Positions 37,901 through 50,014 of a stretch of DNA of 64,000 nt are shown piece after piece (the first letter of the stretch is position 1; every line of letters begins with the position of its first letter). A model generated the notes under the pieces. That model searched no databases and was not told the origin of the DNA. It worked only from the letters and a program-made list of their open reading frames with translations. The stretch comes from Octopus sinensis. Lineage: Eukaryota. Made by a program: the position numbers and the translations under genes. Where the stretch lies: assembly GCF_006345805.1 (NCBI RefSeq), contig NC_043006.1, positions 69,254,001-69,318,000 on the forward strand, read 5' to 3'.

Positions 37901-38111
37901 ATAATAAACTAAAATTGATAATATAGTTTTAAATAAAAGATGACAATCTAAAGATTTGAATCAACAATAACGCACCATGTGCTTCTAAACAGATGGATAA
38001 TGGGTTTTTTATTATTATATCAAATGATATTATTTAACAATGTAATATAGAATATATAAGTAGAATACTATATAAAATATTATAACATTGATAACTGTAT
38101 AGGATATCGTG

Positions 38112-38482
38112 GTACTCCGTCGTTTACGACGACGAGGGTCCCAGTTGATTCGATCAACGGAATAGTTTGTTCGTGAAATTAACGTGCAAGTGGCTGAGTA
38201 CTCCACAGACATGTGTACCCTTAACGTAGTTCTCGAGGGAGATTCAGCGTGACATAGTGTGACAAGGCTGGCCCTTTGAAATACAGGTACAACAGAAACA
38301 GGAGGAAAGAGTGACAGAAAGTTATGGTGGAAAAGTACAGAAGGGTTCGTCAACCCCACCCCTGCAGGAGCCTCGTGGAACTTTAAGTGTTTTCGCTCAA
38401 TAAACACTCACAACGCCTGGCCTTGAAATCGAAACCTACGACCGCGAGTCCACTGCCCTAACCACTGGGCCATTGTGCCTCC
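38112..38482 (-). mobile_element. Family C SINE, full length
   Basis: Reverse complement of 42514-42890. Confidence 0.88.
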
Positions 38483-38543
38483 ACATTATAGGATATAACA
38501 ATGCACTATAATAATAAGTAATAATCATAATAATAATAATAAT

Positions 38544-38604
<61 letters not shown>

Positions 38605-38964
38605 TCTCTGATCACGAGCAGAAGTAGTGGGGGAGCATCATAGCCATGTGTTGAGAGGGATTCTTTGGGGTTTGAATAATTCACCTCTGGAAACATGGGT
38701 GGTTCTTTCAACATCCTTAAACAACCCTTATTCAGGGACCTTTTGAGCGGGATGGGCTACTCAATCTGAAGAAAATTCTAACTGGGCCCCACCTGCAAGG
38801 TCATGTGCTGTTTATCTTGATATGAGATCACCATGTCGCGCACATATGGTTGTGATGCATGTGCCTGGTGTACCCTTATCAGACGGGTAGTTCATGATGG
38901 GTACATTGGGCTTCGTATATTTTACCCCAGTGTCACTTTGATGGCATGAACTGCTCTCTCACTC
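38605..38964 (+). mobile_element. Element E: 360-bp non-coding element bounded by (TAA)n on both sides
   Basis: Three copies or fragments in the window, all inside TAA/TTA microsatellites, all sharing the 3' end CTCTCTCACTCAATAAT. Confidence 0.75.
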
Positions 38965-39119
38965 AATAATAATAATAATAACAAAAATAATAATAATAAT
39001 GATAATAATAATAAGAGTAATATAACAACATCAACAGCAACAACAACAACAACAACAACAACAATAATAATAATGATAATAATAATAATAATAATAATAG
39101 GTGACTCACTTTCATAATT

Positions 39120-39920
39120 AATTTTCTGCATAGCCCTTATACCCCTTACAAGTGAACTTAACAGAACAGGGTATGGATATAAAATTGGAGACAAGAAAAT
39201 AAATCATCTATTTTATATGGATGACTTAAAACTCTGTGGCAAGGACGATAATGAGATTGAAGGACTACTACGTACTGTGAAAGAATTCAGTGATGACATT
39301 AGGATGGAATTTGGTCTTGACAAATGTGCCAAGGGGTCTTTCCAGAAAGGAAAATTCAAGACCTCACATTCAGTAGTGTTGGATGTTGCCATAGTCATAA
39401 AAGAACTCGCGCAGATACAAACTTACAAACACCTCGGAATAAATGAGGGCTCCGGCATTCCACATGCAAGTATGAAAGAGAAGATCAGGAAGGAGTGTCA
39501 CAGGAGACTTCGAGCTGTCCGAAAATCCGAGTCAAATGCCTGGAACAAAGTGTTAGCTATAAATTCTTAAGCAGTTCCGGTTGTTATTTACAGTTTCATT
39601 GTATTGAACCGGAATATGAGCGAAATGAAGGTTGACAGGAAAATCCGAAAGCTGCTGACATGCAATAAGATGCATTACCCAAAGGCAGACGCAGATCGTC
39701 TTTGCCTACCCAGAGCACAAGGAGGTCGAAGCTTGATCCAATTTGAAATCTCCTACAAAACCACCACAACTGGACTGGCAAAATATCTTGAAACATCTAA
39801 CGACTGGATGCTAAAGCTCGTTGAAAGTCATGAATGACGTAAGAAGCTACATTCTGTTATGAAGGAGAGCAAAATATTTTCAAGTGTGTTTATGCATAAT
39901 ACCTAGGTTGAACAGCATGA
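39120..39920 (+). mobile_element. R4/Dong-clade LINE RT fragment
   Basis: FCIALIPLTSELNRTGYGY...HLFYMDDLKL...FSDDIRMEFGLDKCAK...YKHLGI...GGRSLIQ, with stops and frameshifts. Confidence 0.88.
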
Positions 39921-39939
39921 TGGAAGCGCAGCAACAAGA

Positions 39940-40190
39940 GGCTAAACATAGAGGGGAAAAATAAGGACAAACAAACGGATTAAGTCGATTACATCGACCC
40001 CAGTACGTAACTAGTACTTAATTTATCACCCCCGAAAGGATGAAAGGCAAAGTCGACCTTGGCGGAATTTGAGCAGAACGTAGCGGCAGACGAAATACCT
40101 ATTTCTTTACCACCCACAAGGGGCTAAATACAGAGGAGACAAACACGGACAGACAGACAGAAGGATGAAGTCGATTATATCGATCAGAAA
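39940..40190 (-). mobile_element. Family B SINE dimer
   Basis: Two units joined at GAAATAGGTATTTC (plus-strand 40092-40105). Confidence 0.8.
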
Positions 40191-40253
40191 GGAAGGAAGA
40201 AAGAAAGAAAGGAAGGATGAAAGAAAGAAAGGAAGGAAGAAAGACAGAAAGAG

Positions 40254-40306
<53 letters not shown>

Positions 40307-40451
40307 CAGACAGACAGACAGAGAAACAGAGAAAGAGAGTAGGAGAGAAAATGATTGACTGACGATTCGACCTGTGTAATGTTTGTCTGTGTGTGCGCAG
40401 ACAGATCGACTGAAGAGAGTGCAGATGACATAGAGATGAGAAAAATGTTGA

Positions 40452-40512
<61 letters not shown>

Positions 40513-40719
40513 CCTATCTGTCTGTCTATCACTTATTTCAGTCGTTACACGAGGCCATACTGGGGCACCGCCTTGAAGTATTTTTACCTTGTGGCGAACT
40601 GCTAAGTTATAGGGAAGTAAACACGCCGACACCGGTTGTCAAACGGTTGCGGGGAAGAATCACAGACACACACGCACACACACATACAACACAAACACAC
40701 ACACACACACATAACACAC

Positions 40720-40756
<37 letters not shown>

Positions 40757-40757
40757 C

Positions 40758-41070
40758 GGTGGAAGCGCAATGGCCCAGTGGTTAGGGCAGCGGACTCGCG
40801 GCCGGAGGATCGTGGTTTCGATTCCCAGACCGGGCGTTGTGTGTGTTTATTGAGCAAAAACACCTAAAAGCTCCATGAGGCTCCGGCAGGGCGTGGTGGC
40901 GACCCCTATTGTACTCTTTCGTTCCAACTTTCTCTCACTCTTTCTTCCTGTTTCTTGAATAACGCTGCGATGGACTGGCGTCCCGTCCAGCTGGGGGTGG
41001 GGACGCATACGCCATAGAAACCGGGAAACCTGGCCCATGAGCCTGGCTAGGCTTGAAAAGGGCACATGAA
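40758..41070 (+). mobile_element. Family C head with the tail also used by family D at 5695
   Basis: Tail CATACGCCATAGAAACCGGGAAAC...GAGCCTGGCTAGGCTT is shared with 5700-5770. Confidence 0.8.
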
Positions 41071-41439
41071 TAAAAAATAAATATATATATATATTCGACG
41101 GGCTTCTTTCAGTTTCCGTCTACCATATCCACTCACAAGGCTTTGGTCGGTCCGAGTCTATAGTAGAAGGCATTTGCCCAACAGGAACCGTGCGATTGGG
41201 AAGCAAACTTCTTACCACGTAGCGCCTTGAATATAATTGTGTATATATTTTTGTGTGTATATGATTCACAGACAAGTGTATATGTTGCGTAAAGTACACC
41301 AAGTACTTTGCTTGTTTATCTATGATCCGATCAAAGGAATCCCAGCGATGACCATCCATGACTTTTCTAAGGCGTTAGGTTATTTGGCTGCTATTTCTCG
41401 CAGGCCTCCTACTCATATAACTAGACCATTAATATTCTT

Positions 41440-41833
41440 TTCTATTCTAGGCACAAGGCCCGAAATTTTTGGGGAAGAGGCCAGCCGATTAGATCGACCC
41501 CAGTACGCAACTTGTACTAAATTTATCGACCCCGAAAGGATAAAAGGCAAAGTCGACCTCGGCGGAATTTGAACTCAGAACGTAGCGGCAGACGAAATAC
41601 CTATTTCTTTACTACCCACAAGGGGCTAAACACAGAGAGGACAAACAAGGACCGACAAACGGATTAAGTCGATTATATCGACCCCAGTGCATCACTGGTA
41701 CTTATTTAATCGACCCCGAAAGGATGAAAGGCAAAGTCGACCTCAGCGGAATTTGAACTCAGAACGTAACGGCGGACGAAATACGGCTACGCATTTCGCC
41801 CGGCGTGCTTAACGATTCTGCCAGCTCGCCGCC
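41440..41833 (-). mobile_element. Family B SINE dimer
   Basis: Full head plus a second unit. Junction at 41594-41607. Confidence 0.9.
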
Positions 41834-42513
41834 TTAGAAACTTTTAACTAGATCGCTCGTAATTTCTGGAAGAGATTTGAAACCACCACCTATGTGTTGT
41901 ATTACTACTTCTTGATATCCATGCCTACTGGGCCACCGAAGCAGCAACACTGGACCATCAATATTAAACAGTTTCAGTGGGCAACATGCGAATCAGAGAA
42001 CGAGGACTGACAGTAAAAGTCATCTGCTGGTACATCCCTTTGAGACTGGACACCACACCAATCCCATTGCTCCACTGGACAATACGCTGTCACTGAATAT
42101 TTATGTCCCTTTCTAAACAATTATTGTGATGCGCGACCTTGTCACTTACATCAATAATACATGACCTACGAGTGAACGGAACGTAGGACTGGTGAGAACT
42201 CACAAACCCCTGATGTATATCGCTAATTAACATAATACTGAAAAATAAAAAATATATAAAAAGAAAACAAAACAAGCATTAGTTGATTAACGCTTATGAT
42301 ATAGACATTTACATATACATACGTATATACATATATATTCATGCATATGTGCATATATGCGTATACACTCACATGCATTCTACACACGTAATTTCGATGG
42401 TAAGAAGTTTGTTCAGTTACTGTGAAACAAATGATCATAGAATCATCTGAAGAGACAACTGTTTATGGAAGCGAATATGTTTGTGTAGGCAGTGGTGTTG
42501 TAGTGTTAGTGCA

Positions 42514-42890
42514 GAGGCGCAATGGCCCAGTGGTTAGGGCAGCGGACTCGCGGTCGTAGGATCGCGGTTTCGATTCCCAGACCGGGCGTTGTGAGTGTTT
42601 ATTGAACGAAAACACCTAAAGCTCCACGAGGCTCCGGCAGGGATGGTAGTGATCCCTGCTGTACTCTTTCACCACAACTTTCTCTCACTCTTACTTCCTG
42701 TTTCTGTTGTACCTGTATTTCAAGGGGCCGACCTTGTCACTCTCTGTGTCACGCTGAATATCCCCGAGAACTACGTTAAGGGTACACGTGTCGGTGGAGT
42801 GCTCAGCCACTTACACGTTAATTTCACGAGCAGGCTGTTCCGTTGATTCAGATCAACCGGAACCCTCATCGTCGTAACCGACGGAGTGCT
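42514..42890 (+). mobile_element. Family C SINE, full length
   Basis: Well-preserved tRNA-like head with A/B boxes. Tail ends GTCGTAACCGACGGAGTGC. Confidence 0.92.
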
Positions 42891-43500
42891 TCCTTCCTTT
42901 TCCTGTAGTGTTAGTAGGTATATGGGTGGTAGTTTTAGTAGTGTTAATAATTGTATTGTTGGTATATATTAGTTATTTCTACTCTAGGCACAAGGCCCGA
43001 AATTTTGGGGGAGGGGGCCGGTCGATTAGATTGACCCTAGTACGCAAGTGGTACTTTGTTCTCGATCAAAGGTGAAGTGAGAGTAAATAATAACTACATG
43101 ACTACGATAAATCACTCTACCGTACATATACAAGAGTTTCTGTGAAGATCCATCCTCCAACATTCTACTCTCACTCTCACATGGACCGACTGCTTCTCTG
43201 TCCCATCTATTACAGCTCCTATGACAGCTTCTACTTCTCTAAACTATGTGTACATAAGCATTCTATTCCTACACACTTGGTATGCAAGGAACGCATCAGG
43301 GTTCGTGAAACTTCGTCCTTCTTATATTGCTTTTACTGTTCATTGTATTTACACAACACCACATCACACATGCTCGCACGCACACACACACACACTCACA
43401 TGCACATCTGAGAGACAGATGGCTAGTGTTATGCATGCGGAAACACCAACCATCAGAACGAATTTACCACCACCACCTTCGTAAAGAGGAAGCCTAACAA

Positions 43501-43664
43501 CAGTGGTTCCCAGCCTGGTGTCCGAGAAATCCTGGTGGTCTGCAAAGGTAGTACTGGTGTTCCGTGAACATGTTAAGCTGACAGACCGTTCAATATCCTG
43601 GGTCCGTGGGAAAACTCATTTAGATAATAGGGGCCCTTGGTAGTGAAAAGTTTGGGAACCGCTA
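43501..43664. mobile_element. hAT-type MITE
   Basis: TIRs CAGTGGTTCCCAGCCT and AGTTTGGGAACCGCTA. 8-bp TSD CCTAACAA (43493-43500) / CCTTACAA (43665-43672). Confidence 0.85.
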
Positions 43665-44999
43665 CCTTACAAAAATGTTCTCTTCCTAACACGATACAAG
43701 TTTTACAAGTGCCCTCATAGCAACCAAGCTCCGTCATCTTCCTCTGATTTTGCAGAGGAATCGGAACTGGCTAAAACATAGCAAACGGGCAAAGGAAAAG
43801 AAACAAAAACCCATTTCGCCAACAGCAACCCCACCTCGAAAAGTGGATAGAACACCAGCGAAAACACAACCACGGAACAACTATAAAAAACATCAATAAA
43901 GCAATGTATGCGCACATAAATATACACATACACCCACATTTATCTGTTTTTATACTCTCTCTTTCTTCCTCTATCAGTTACTATTCCATGTTCTTTCTCT
44001 CATTGACTATTCCTCTTTCTCACTCTCTATGCTTTTTCTTTCTTCAGATGAAGGATAAACATCCGAAACGTTAAGACATTTTCTCTCTTTTTCAAAACGT
44101 TAAGATAATTCCTCATATGTTAAACTTCGTGTATCATATGTGGTCGTTTTATATCGTTTATTGTATCTTTGTATTTACACTGTGTGTGTGTATCGCAACT
44201 GACTTGGTTGATATATCGATTTTGTACAATTGATCGTAGTGACCAGAAGATATAGGTAGACGGGTAGCGTTAAGTACACATAGACAGGAAATGTAGAGAA
44301 GCGGTCAGCCATTGTGAATATATACAGGATGTTAACAATGTCAGTTAACTAGACATGACCAGTTGTGAATGATTAACTAATAATGGGTGTCGGTTGGAGC
44401 AAATTTTTCTGTTTTAATATACAGGTGTGTGAGTGCGTGTGTGCGTGTGTATGTGTCCATGTATGTATAATGTGTATTTGTGTAAAGAGAAATATGTATC
44501 TATGAATAAATAATGACACAAAGCATACATCGATAAGCGGACAGACGAACGGACAATAGAGGGATATACTGAAAGCCAGCTTGATAGAAGGTCAAGGTGA
44601 AGTATCTACATACACACAGAGACACGCACGCGCACATACACACAGACGCACATATCCACAAACACACACACGGACGCACATATACACAAATTCTCACACA
44701 CATAAAGACGCATACACACAGAAGCACACATATGCACACACACACACTCACACACTGACGAACACACACAGACGCACATACTCACACACAGACTCGCTCA
44801 AACACAGACGCACACTCTCACACATACACAGACGCGCACACACACGCACGCACACACACACGCATACACACACACATACACACACATATATTCTTTTCTA
44901 CTCTAGGCACAAGGCCCGAAATTTTGGGTGAGGGGGTCAGTCGATTAGATCGACCGCAGTACGCAACTGGTACTTAATTTATCGACTCCGAAAGGACGA

Positions 45000-45640
45000 C
45001 TGGCTTAAAGTCCGTACCTGTCGAATTGAAGTTCAACCATAGAGGGATAGTGCCGGGAAAGAGCGACGACATTCTGCCAGAGAAATTCAACTGGTTAGTC
45101 TGTTCTGGACGATTAGGGGGTTGAAGTCAATGGATAATTTTCTGAAATCCCTGGACTGGAAGTCCTACCGTGAAGCATTGCCGGTTCTAGATAAACTGTT
45201 CAGATACGGAAATGCTGGCAGATAGATCTGCCCAAGATGCATACAGAGCGATGAAACTATTCTGCTTGATTCGTCCAGTGCACGGCCATTGCTGACTTAC
45301 AGAGTTAAGTCAAACACCTGCTATCACGAGAAGGAAAAATCCGAATTTAAGGTAGGTCCATTGGGAAGATTGTCCAGCCACCTTCCTTTGGTTGGGAAGG
45401 ATAGGCACTATTTATCTGTCTGGTTATTATAGCGAAAGAGGTTGTATGGTAGACCACACTGAAAGACATGAAGACTAAAACACCCTGTCTTTGGCCAAGA
45501 TCTCAAATTTTTCAAGTTTCACTTGAATGGGAAAGTGAGGGTGGAGAGGGAAGACTGCCTTCCCAAAAATTTGTTGAAAGGTGGGTGAATGTGGTGAGGA
45601 TATACCGAGTATGCAATGCGCCTGTAAGTTGAGGGAGGGC
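45000..45640 (+). mobile_element. 3' portion of a Tx1/L1-clade LINE
   Basis: LPVLDKLFRYG...ICPRCIQSDETI (CCHC knuckle, ~45226); FKFHLNGKVRVERE...RWVNV. Confidence 0.7.
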
Positions 45641-46396
45641 GATGAAGAGAGAGAGAGAGCAATACCCTAGTGGTCAGAAGAATCGTGGTTTTCTGGATTT
45701 TTTATGATTCACCTTCAAAAGTCTCTCATTCATTTGAAGAATTAACTTTTCGGAATTTATGGTTTCTTTGTTCCTGTAAATATACTTTATTTACAAGCTT
45801 TTTCATGTAATCCCAAATTGCATTTTTATTCCCCTTTATTTACAAACAAACTGTACCCAGTCTGTTTGTAAACCCTTATTCGTGAAAAAAAGTTAACAGT
45901 ATTATCATTGCTGGCAGAGGAGTGACAGAATCGTTAAGCCGCCGGGAAAATTTCTTGTGGTATATTTTGGGCTTATATGTGTTATGTGTTCAAATCCCAC
46001 GCTGTTCAACTTTGGATTTCATCATTCGGGGTCGATGAAATAAGTACTAATAAAGTACTGGAGTTGATATCATCGACTACCCCCACCCCCAGGCAAAAAG
46101 CTGAGCGCTGTTTTGACCGCCATGACGTTCTGAGTTCAAATTCCGCCAAGGTCGATTTTGCCTTTCATCCATGTGGGGTTGATAAAATAAGTATCAATTG
46201 AATTCTGCGGGTAGATGTAATCGACTCACCCCAAACACCGAACTTGCTGGCCTTGTGCCGAAATTCGAAATCATCATCATAATCATCATCATCATCATGA
46301 TCAGTAGTAGTAGTAGTAGTAGTAGTAGTGTGATGATGATGGTGGTGGTAGTAGCTGCTGTAGTTGTAGGGGTGGCGGTAGTAGTAGTAGTAGTAA

Positions 46397-46419
<23 letters not shown>

Positions 46420-46440
<21 letters not shown>

Positions 46441-46542
46441 ATAAAATGCAGTGGAGTGGAATATTTTCATTAATGTCATCATCGCCATCACCAGCAACAT
46501 CATCATCATCATCATCATCCCCATGCCGATGATTATTATTAC

Positions 46543-46597
<55 letters not shown>

Positions 46598-47092
46598 GTT
46601 ATTATTATTATTGTAATTATGCTGATGATAATGATGATGATATCACCATTGTCGTTATTCAATGCAAAAATTCTTTGATGTTGGAATTACGTATAATTAA
46701 AGCCTTTCACGTGAAGTGTTGTAATAGTGGCTCCACTGGGTTGAGCTTGGAAAAATGGTCTCTTCAACCACATTTGGGTATATGTGTGCAAACAAACACA
46801 TACATACATACATACATGCATACATACATACATACATACATTCATAATACATATATTCATACACACACGCACATATTTATGTATAAATATATATACATAC
46901 ATATACATACATTTATATATATGTATATATATTTGTATATATATATATATATCGATATATACATACACATTCATATATACATGTATTTATATATATACAC
47001 ATATGCACACGTTCTCATATACACACTATACATTTGCACAATATATATATATTATATATATATATATATATGTACATATACACATACATATA

Positions 47093-47131
<39 letters not shown>

Positions 47132-47525
47132 GCATACCCATGCATATGTGTGTACATATATATGTGTGTGTATGTGTGTGTATGTGCGTGCGTGTGTGTG
47201 CGCATGCGTGTATTTACTGTGTGTCTGTGGATTTTCTTTTCTCGTGTTTGTACGTCTTTGTTTCCGTTCAGTCATACTGTTGGCGCCACTTCTTCCGAGA
47301 TAGGTGATGACGTCATAGATAATGGTGATAGTATGCGGCGGCGGCGGTGGTATTATTATTATTATTATTATATTATTATTATTAGTATTAGTATTAGAAG
47401 TAGTAGTAGTAGTAGTAGTGGTGATAAAATGCAGTGGAGTGGAATATTTTCATTAATGTCATCATCGCCATCACCAGCAACATCATCATCATCATCATCA
47501 TCCCCATGCCGATGATTATTATTAC

Positions 47526-47577
<52 letters not shown>

Positions 47578-48071
47578 GTTATTATTATTATTGTAATTAT
47601 GCTGATGATAATGATGATGATATCACCATTGTCGTTATTCAATGCAAAAATTCTTTGATGTTGGAATTACGTATAATTAAAGCCTTTCACGTGAAGTGTT
47701 GTAATAGTGGCTCCACTGGGTTGAGCTTGGAAAAATGGTCTCTTCAACCACATTTGGGTATATGTGTGCAAACAAACACATACATACATACATACATGCA
47801 TACATACATACATACATACATTCATAATACATATATTCATACACACACGCACATATTTATGTATAAATATATATACATACATATACATACATTTATATAT
47901 ATGTATATATATTTGTATATATATATATATATCGATATATACATACACATTCATATATACATGTATTTATATATATACACATATGCACACGTTCTCATAT
48001 ACACACTATACATTTGCACAATATATATATATTTATATATATATATATATGTACATATACACATACATATA

Positions 48072-48110
<39 letters not shown>

Positions 48111-48327
48111 GCATACCCATGCATATGTGTGTACATATATATGTGTGTGTATGTTGTGTATGTGCGTGCGTGTGTGTGCGCATGCGTGTATTTACTGTGT
48201 GTCTGTGGATTTTCTTTTCTCGTGTTTGTACGTCTTTGTTTCCGTTCAGTCATACTGTTGGCGCCACTTCTTCCGAGATAGGTGATGACGTCATAGATAA
48301 TGGTGATAGTATGCGGCGGCGGCGGTG

Positions 48328-48369
<42 letters not shown>

Positions 48370-48400
48370 GTATTAGTATTAGAAGTAGTAGTAGTAGTAG
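46420..48400. repeat. Tandem duplication of a ~980-bp unit
   Basis: 46675 aligns with 47655, and 47308 with 48286. Non-microsatellite portions look identical. Breakpoints fall in (GTA)n. Confidence 0.95.
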
Positions 48401-48954
48401 TAGTAGTACTAGTACGTTGATAGTGGTGGTGGTTGTATTTATAGTGTTGGACATGGTGTTAGTGTTTCACCCTCCCGCCCAACCCTCTAAATCCGCCCTG
48501 CACTAGCAGACGTGACTATAGCCATTCCAGCCGTGACTATCTCCGAACAGTATTATGCGACGATGATTTGGTTTCTTTTTCTAGCAGGCCTAACGACCAT
48601 ACTGGAGTTTCCCAGTAAGCTTGTGATGCAGTGGTTACTGTGTCGGCGGTGTAGAAGGTGGGGCTGGTGGTGTTTGTTGTGATGTTCAGGGTGGTGTTGG
48701 TGATGCTGAAGATGGTTTTGATGGTGTAGAGGATGGTATAGGTGGTGCTGATGGCGTGGTTGATGGCGCTGAAAATGGAGCTGTTAGTGCTGTTTCTGGT
48801 GTTGGCGATGTTGGTGGTGTTGGTGGTGCGCTGAGGATGATGGTGATGTTGGGCCAATTCTCACCACCCGGCTTTATCTCCTGCACTCATTAGCCGGGTG
48901 GAGCTGAGGGCATTGCTGTTGTTGGTGGCGGTGTTGAGGGTATTGCTGTTGTGA

Positions 48955-49170
48955 AGGCAAGTGGCTTAGTGGTTAGAGCATTCGGCTCACGATCTTAAAG
49001 TTATGATTTCAATTCCCGGTGACTCCAGTCCACTCAGCCGGCAAAAATAAGTAGTACCTGTATTTCAAAGGGGCTATGTAGTGCTCAGCCACTTGTACGT
49101 TAATTTCACGAGCAGGCTGTTACGTCGATCGTATCAACTGGAACACTCGTAGTAACCGACGAAGTGCCAT
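48955..49170 (+). mobile_element. Chimeric SINE: family D-like head with family C tail (internally deleted)
   Basis: GTGGCTTAGTGGTTAGAG...CTCCAGTCCACTCAGC, then GTGCTCAGCCACTTGTACGTTAATTTCACGAGCAGGCTG. Confidence 0.7.
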
Positions 49171-49742
49171 ACAGGTGGTCTTGGTGTGTGCAGGGATTGG
49201 ATATGGTTTTGGTTTTAATGGCTGGTAACCCCCGTGTCGAATATAGTGGTTTTATTATCACCGTTGCTAAGGCGACAAGATGACAGAATTGTTAGCACGT
49301 CTTACACGATGCTTAGCGGCATTCCGTCTGTCTATATGTTCTGAGTTCAAATTCCACACAGGTTGACTTTGTCTTTCATCCTTTCGGAATCGATAACATA
49401 AATAGCAGTAGAGCACTTGGGTCGATCTAATCGACTAGCTCCACCAGCACAATTTCAGTTCTTGTGCCTATAATAGAAAAGATTATTCAGGCTCCCGTGG
49501 CTTTTATGGGTTTTTCCACGTGTAACCTTTCGAAGCGCCTCCCCCTTTTGGGAGTTTTATTTGTTATTATTTTCGTTGTTATTGCACATTTTTTACACGG
49601 ATTTTTCACAAACGGACAAAACCCTTTGTAACCTTTCGTCCTGTTTTGTCCCTTCATGTTTTTAATTCATTTTTGTCAGCCCTTGTGGCCAATAAAAGAC
49701 TTATTATTGTTATTATTATTATTATATTATTATTATTATTAT

Positions 49743-49785
<43 letters not shown>

Positions 49786-50014
49786 ATTATTAATATTAAG
49801 GCTGCAAGATATCAGAATCGTTAGAATGCTGGACGTTAGAATGCTTAGCGTCATTTCATCCGTCTGTAAGTTCTCCTGAGGTTGACTTTACTTTTCATCA
49901 TCTCGAGGTAGCTAAATAAAGTCCCAGTGAATGGGGTCGATGTAATCGACTAGTGCCATCCCCCAAATTTCAGTCCTTGTACCTATAGCAGAATGGGTTA
50001 TTATTATTGTTATT

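Noticed and set aside
42514-42590. tRNA genes at SINE heads (families A-D)
   Set aside because: A/B boxes are present, but each head continues into a shared SINE body and I could not fold a full cloverleaf.
48585-48614. 30-nt symmetric microexon candidate (TAG|CAG...|GTAAGC)
   Set aside because: It appears to lie in the tail of a repeat-like segment and has no independent support. It is weaker than the 25710 candidate.
48537-48886. Mucin-like Thr/Pro/Ser ORFs on the minus strand
   Set aside because: Decayed (CCA/ACC)n low complexity with stops in the frames and no splice context.
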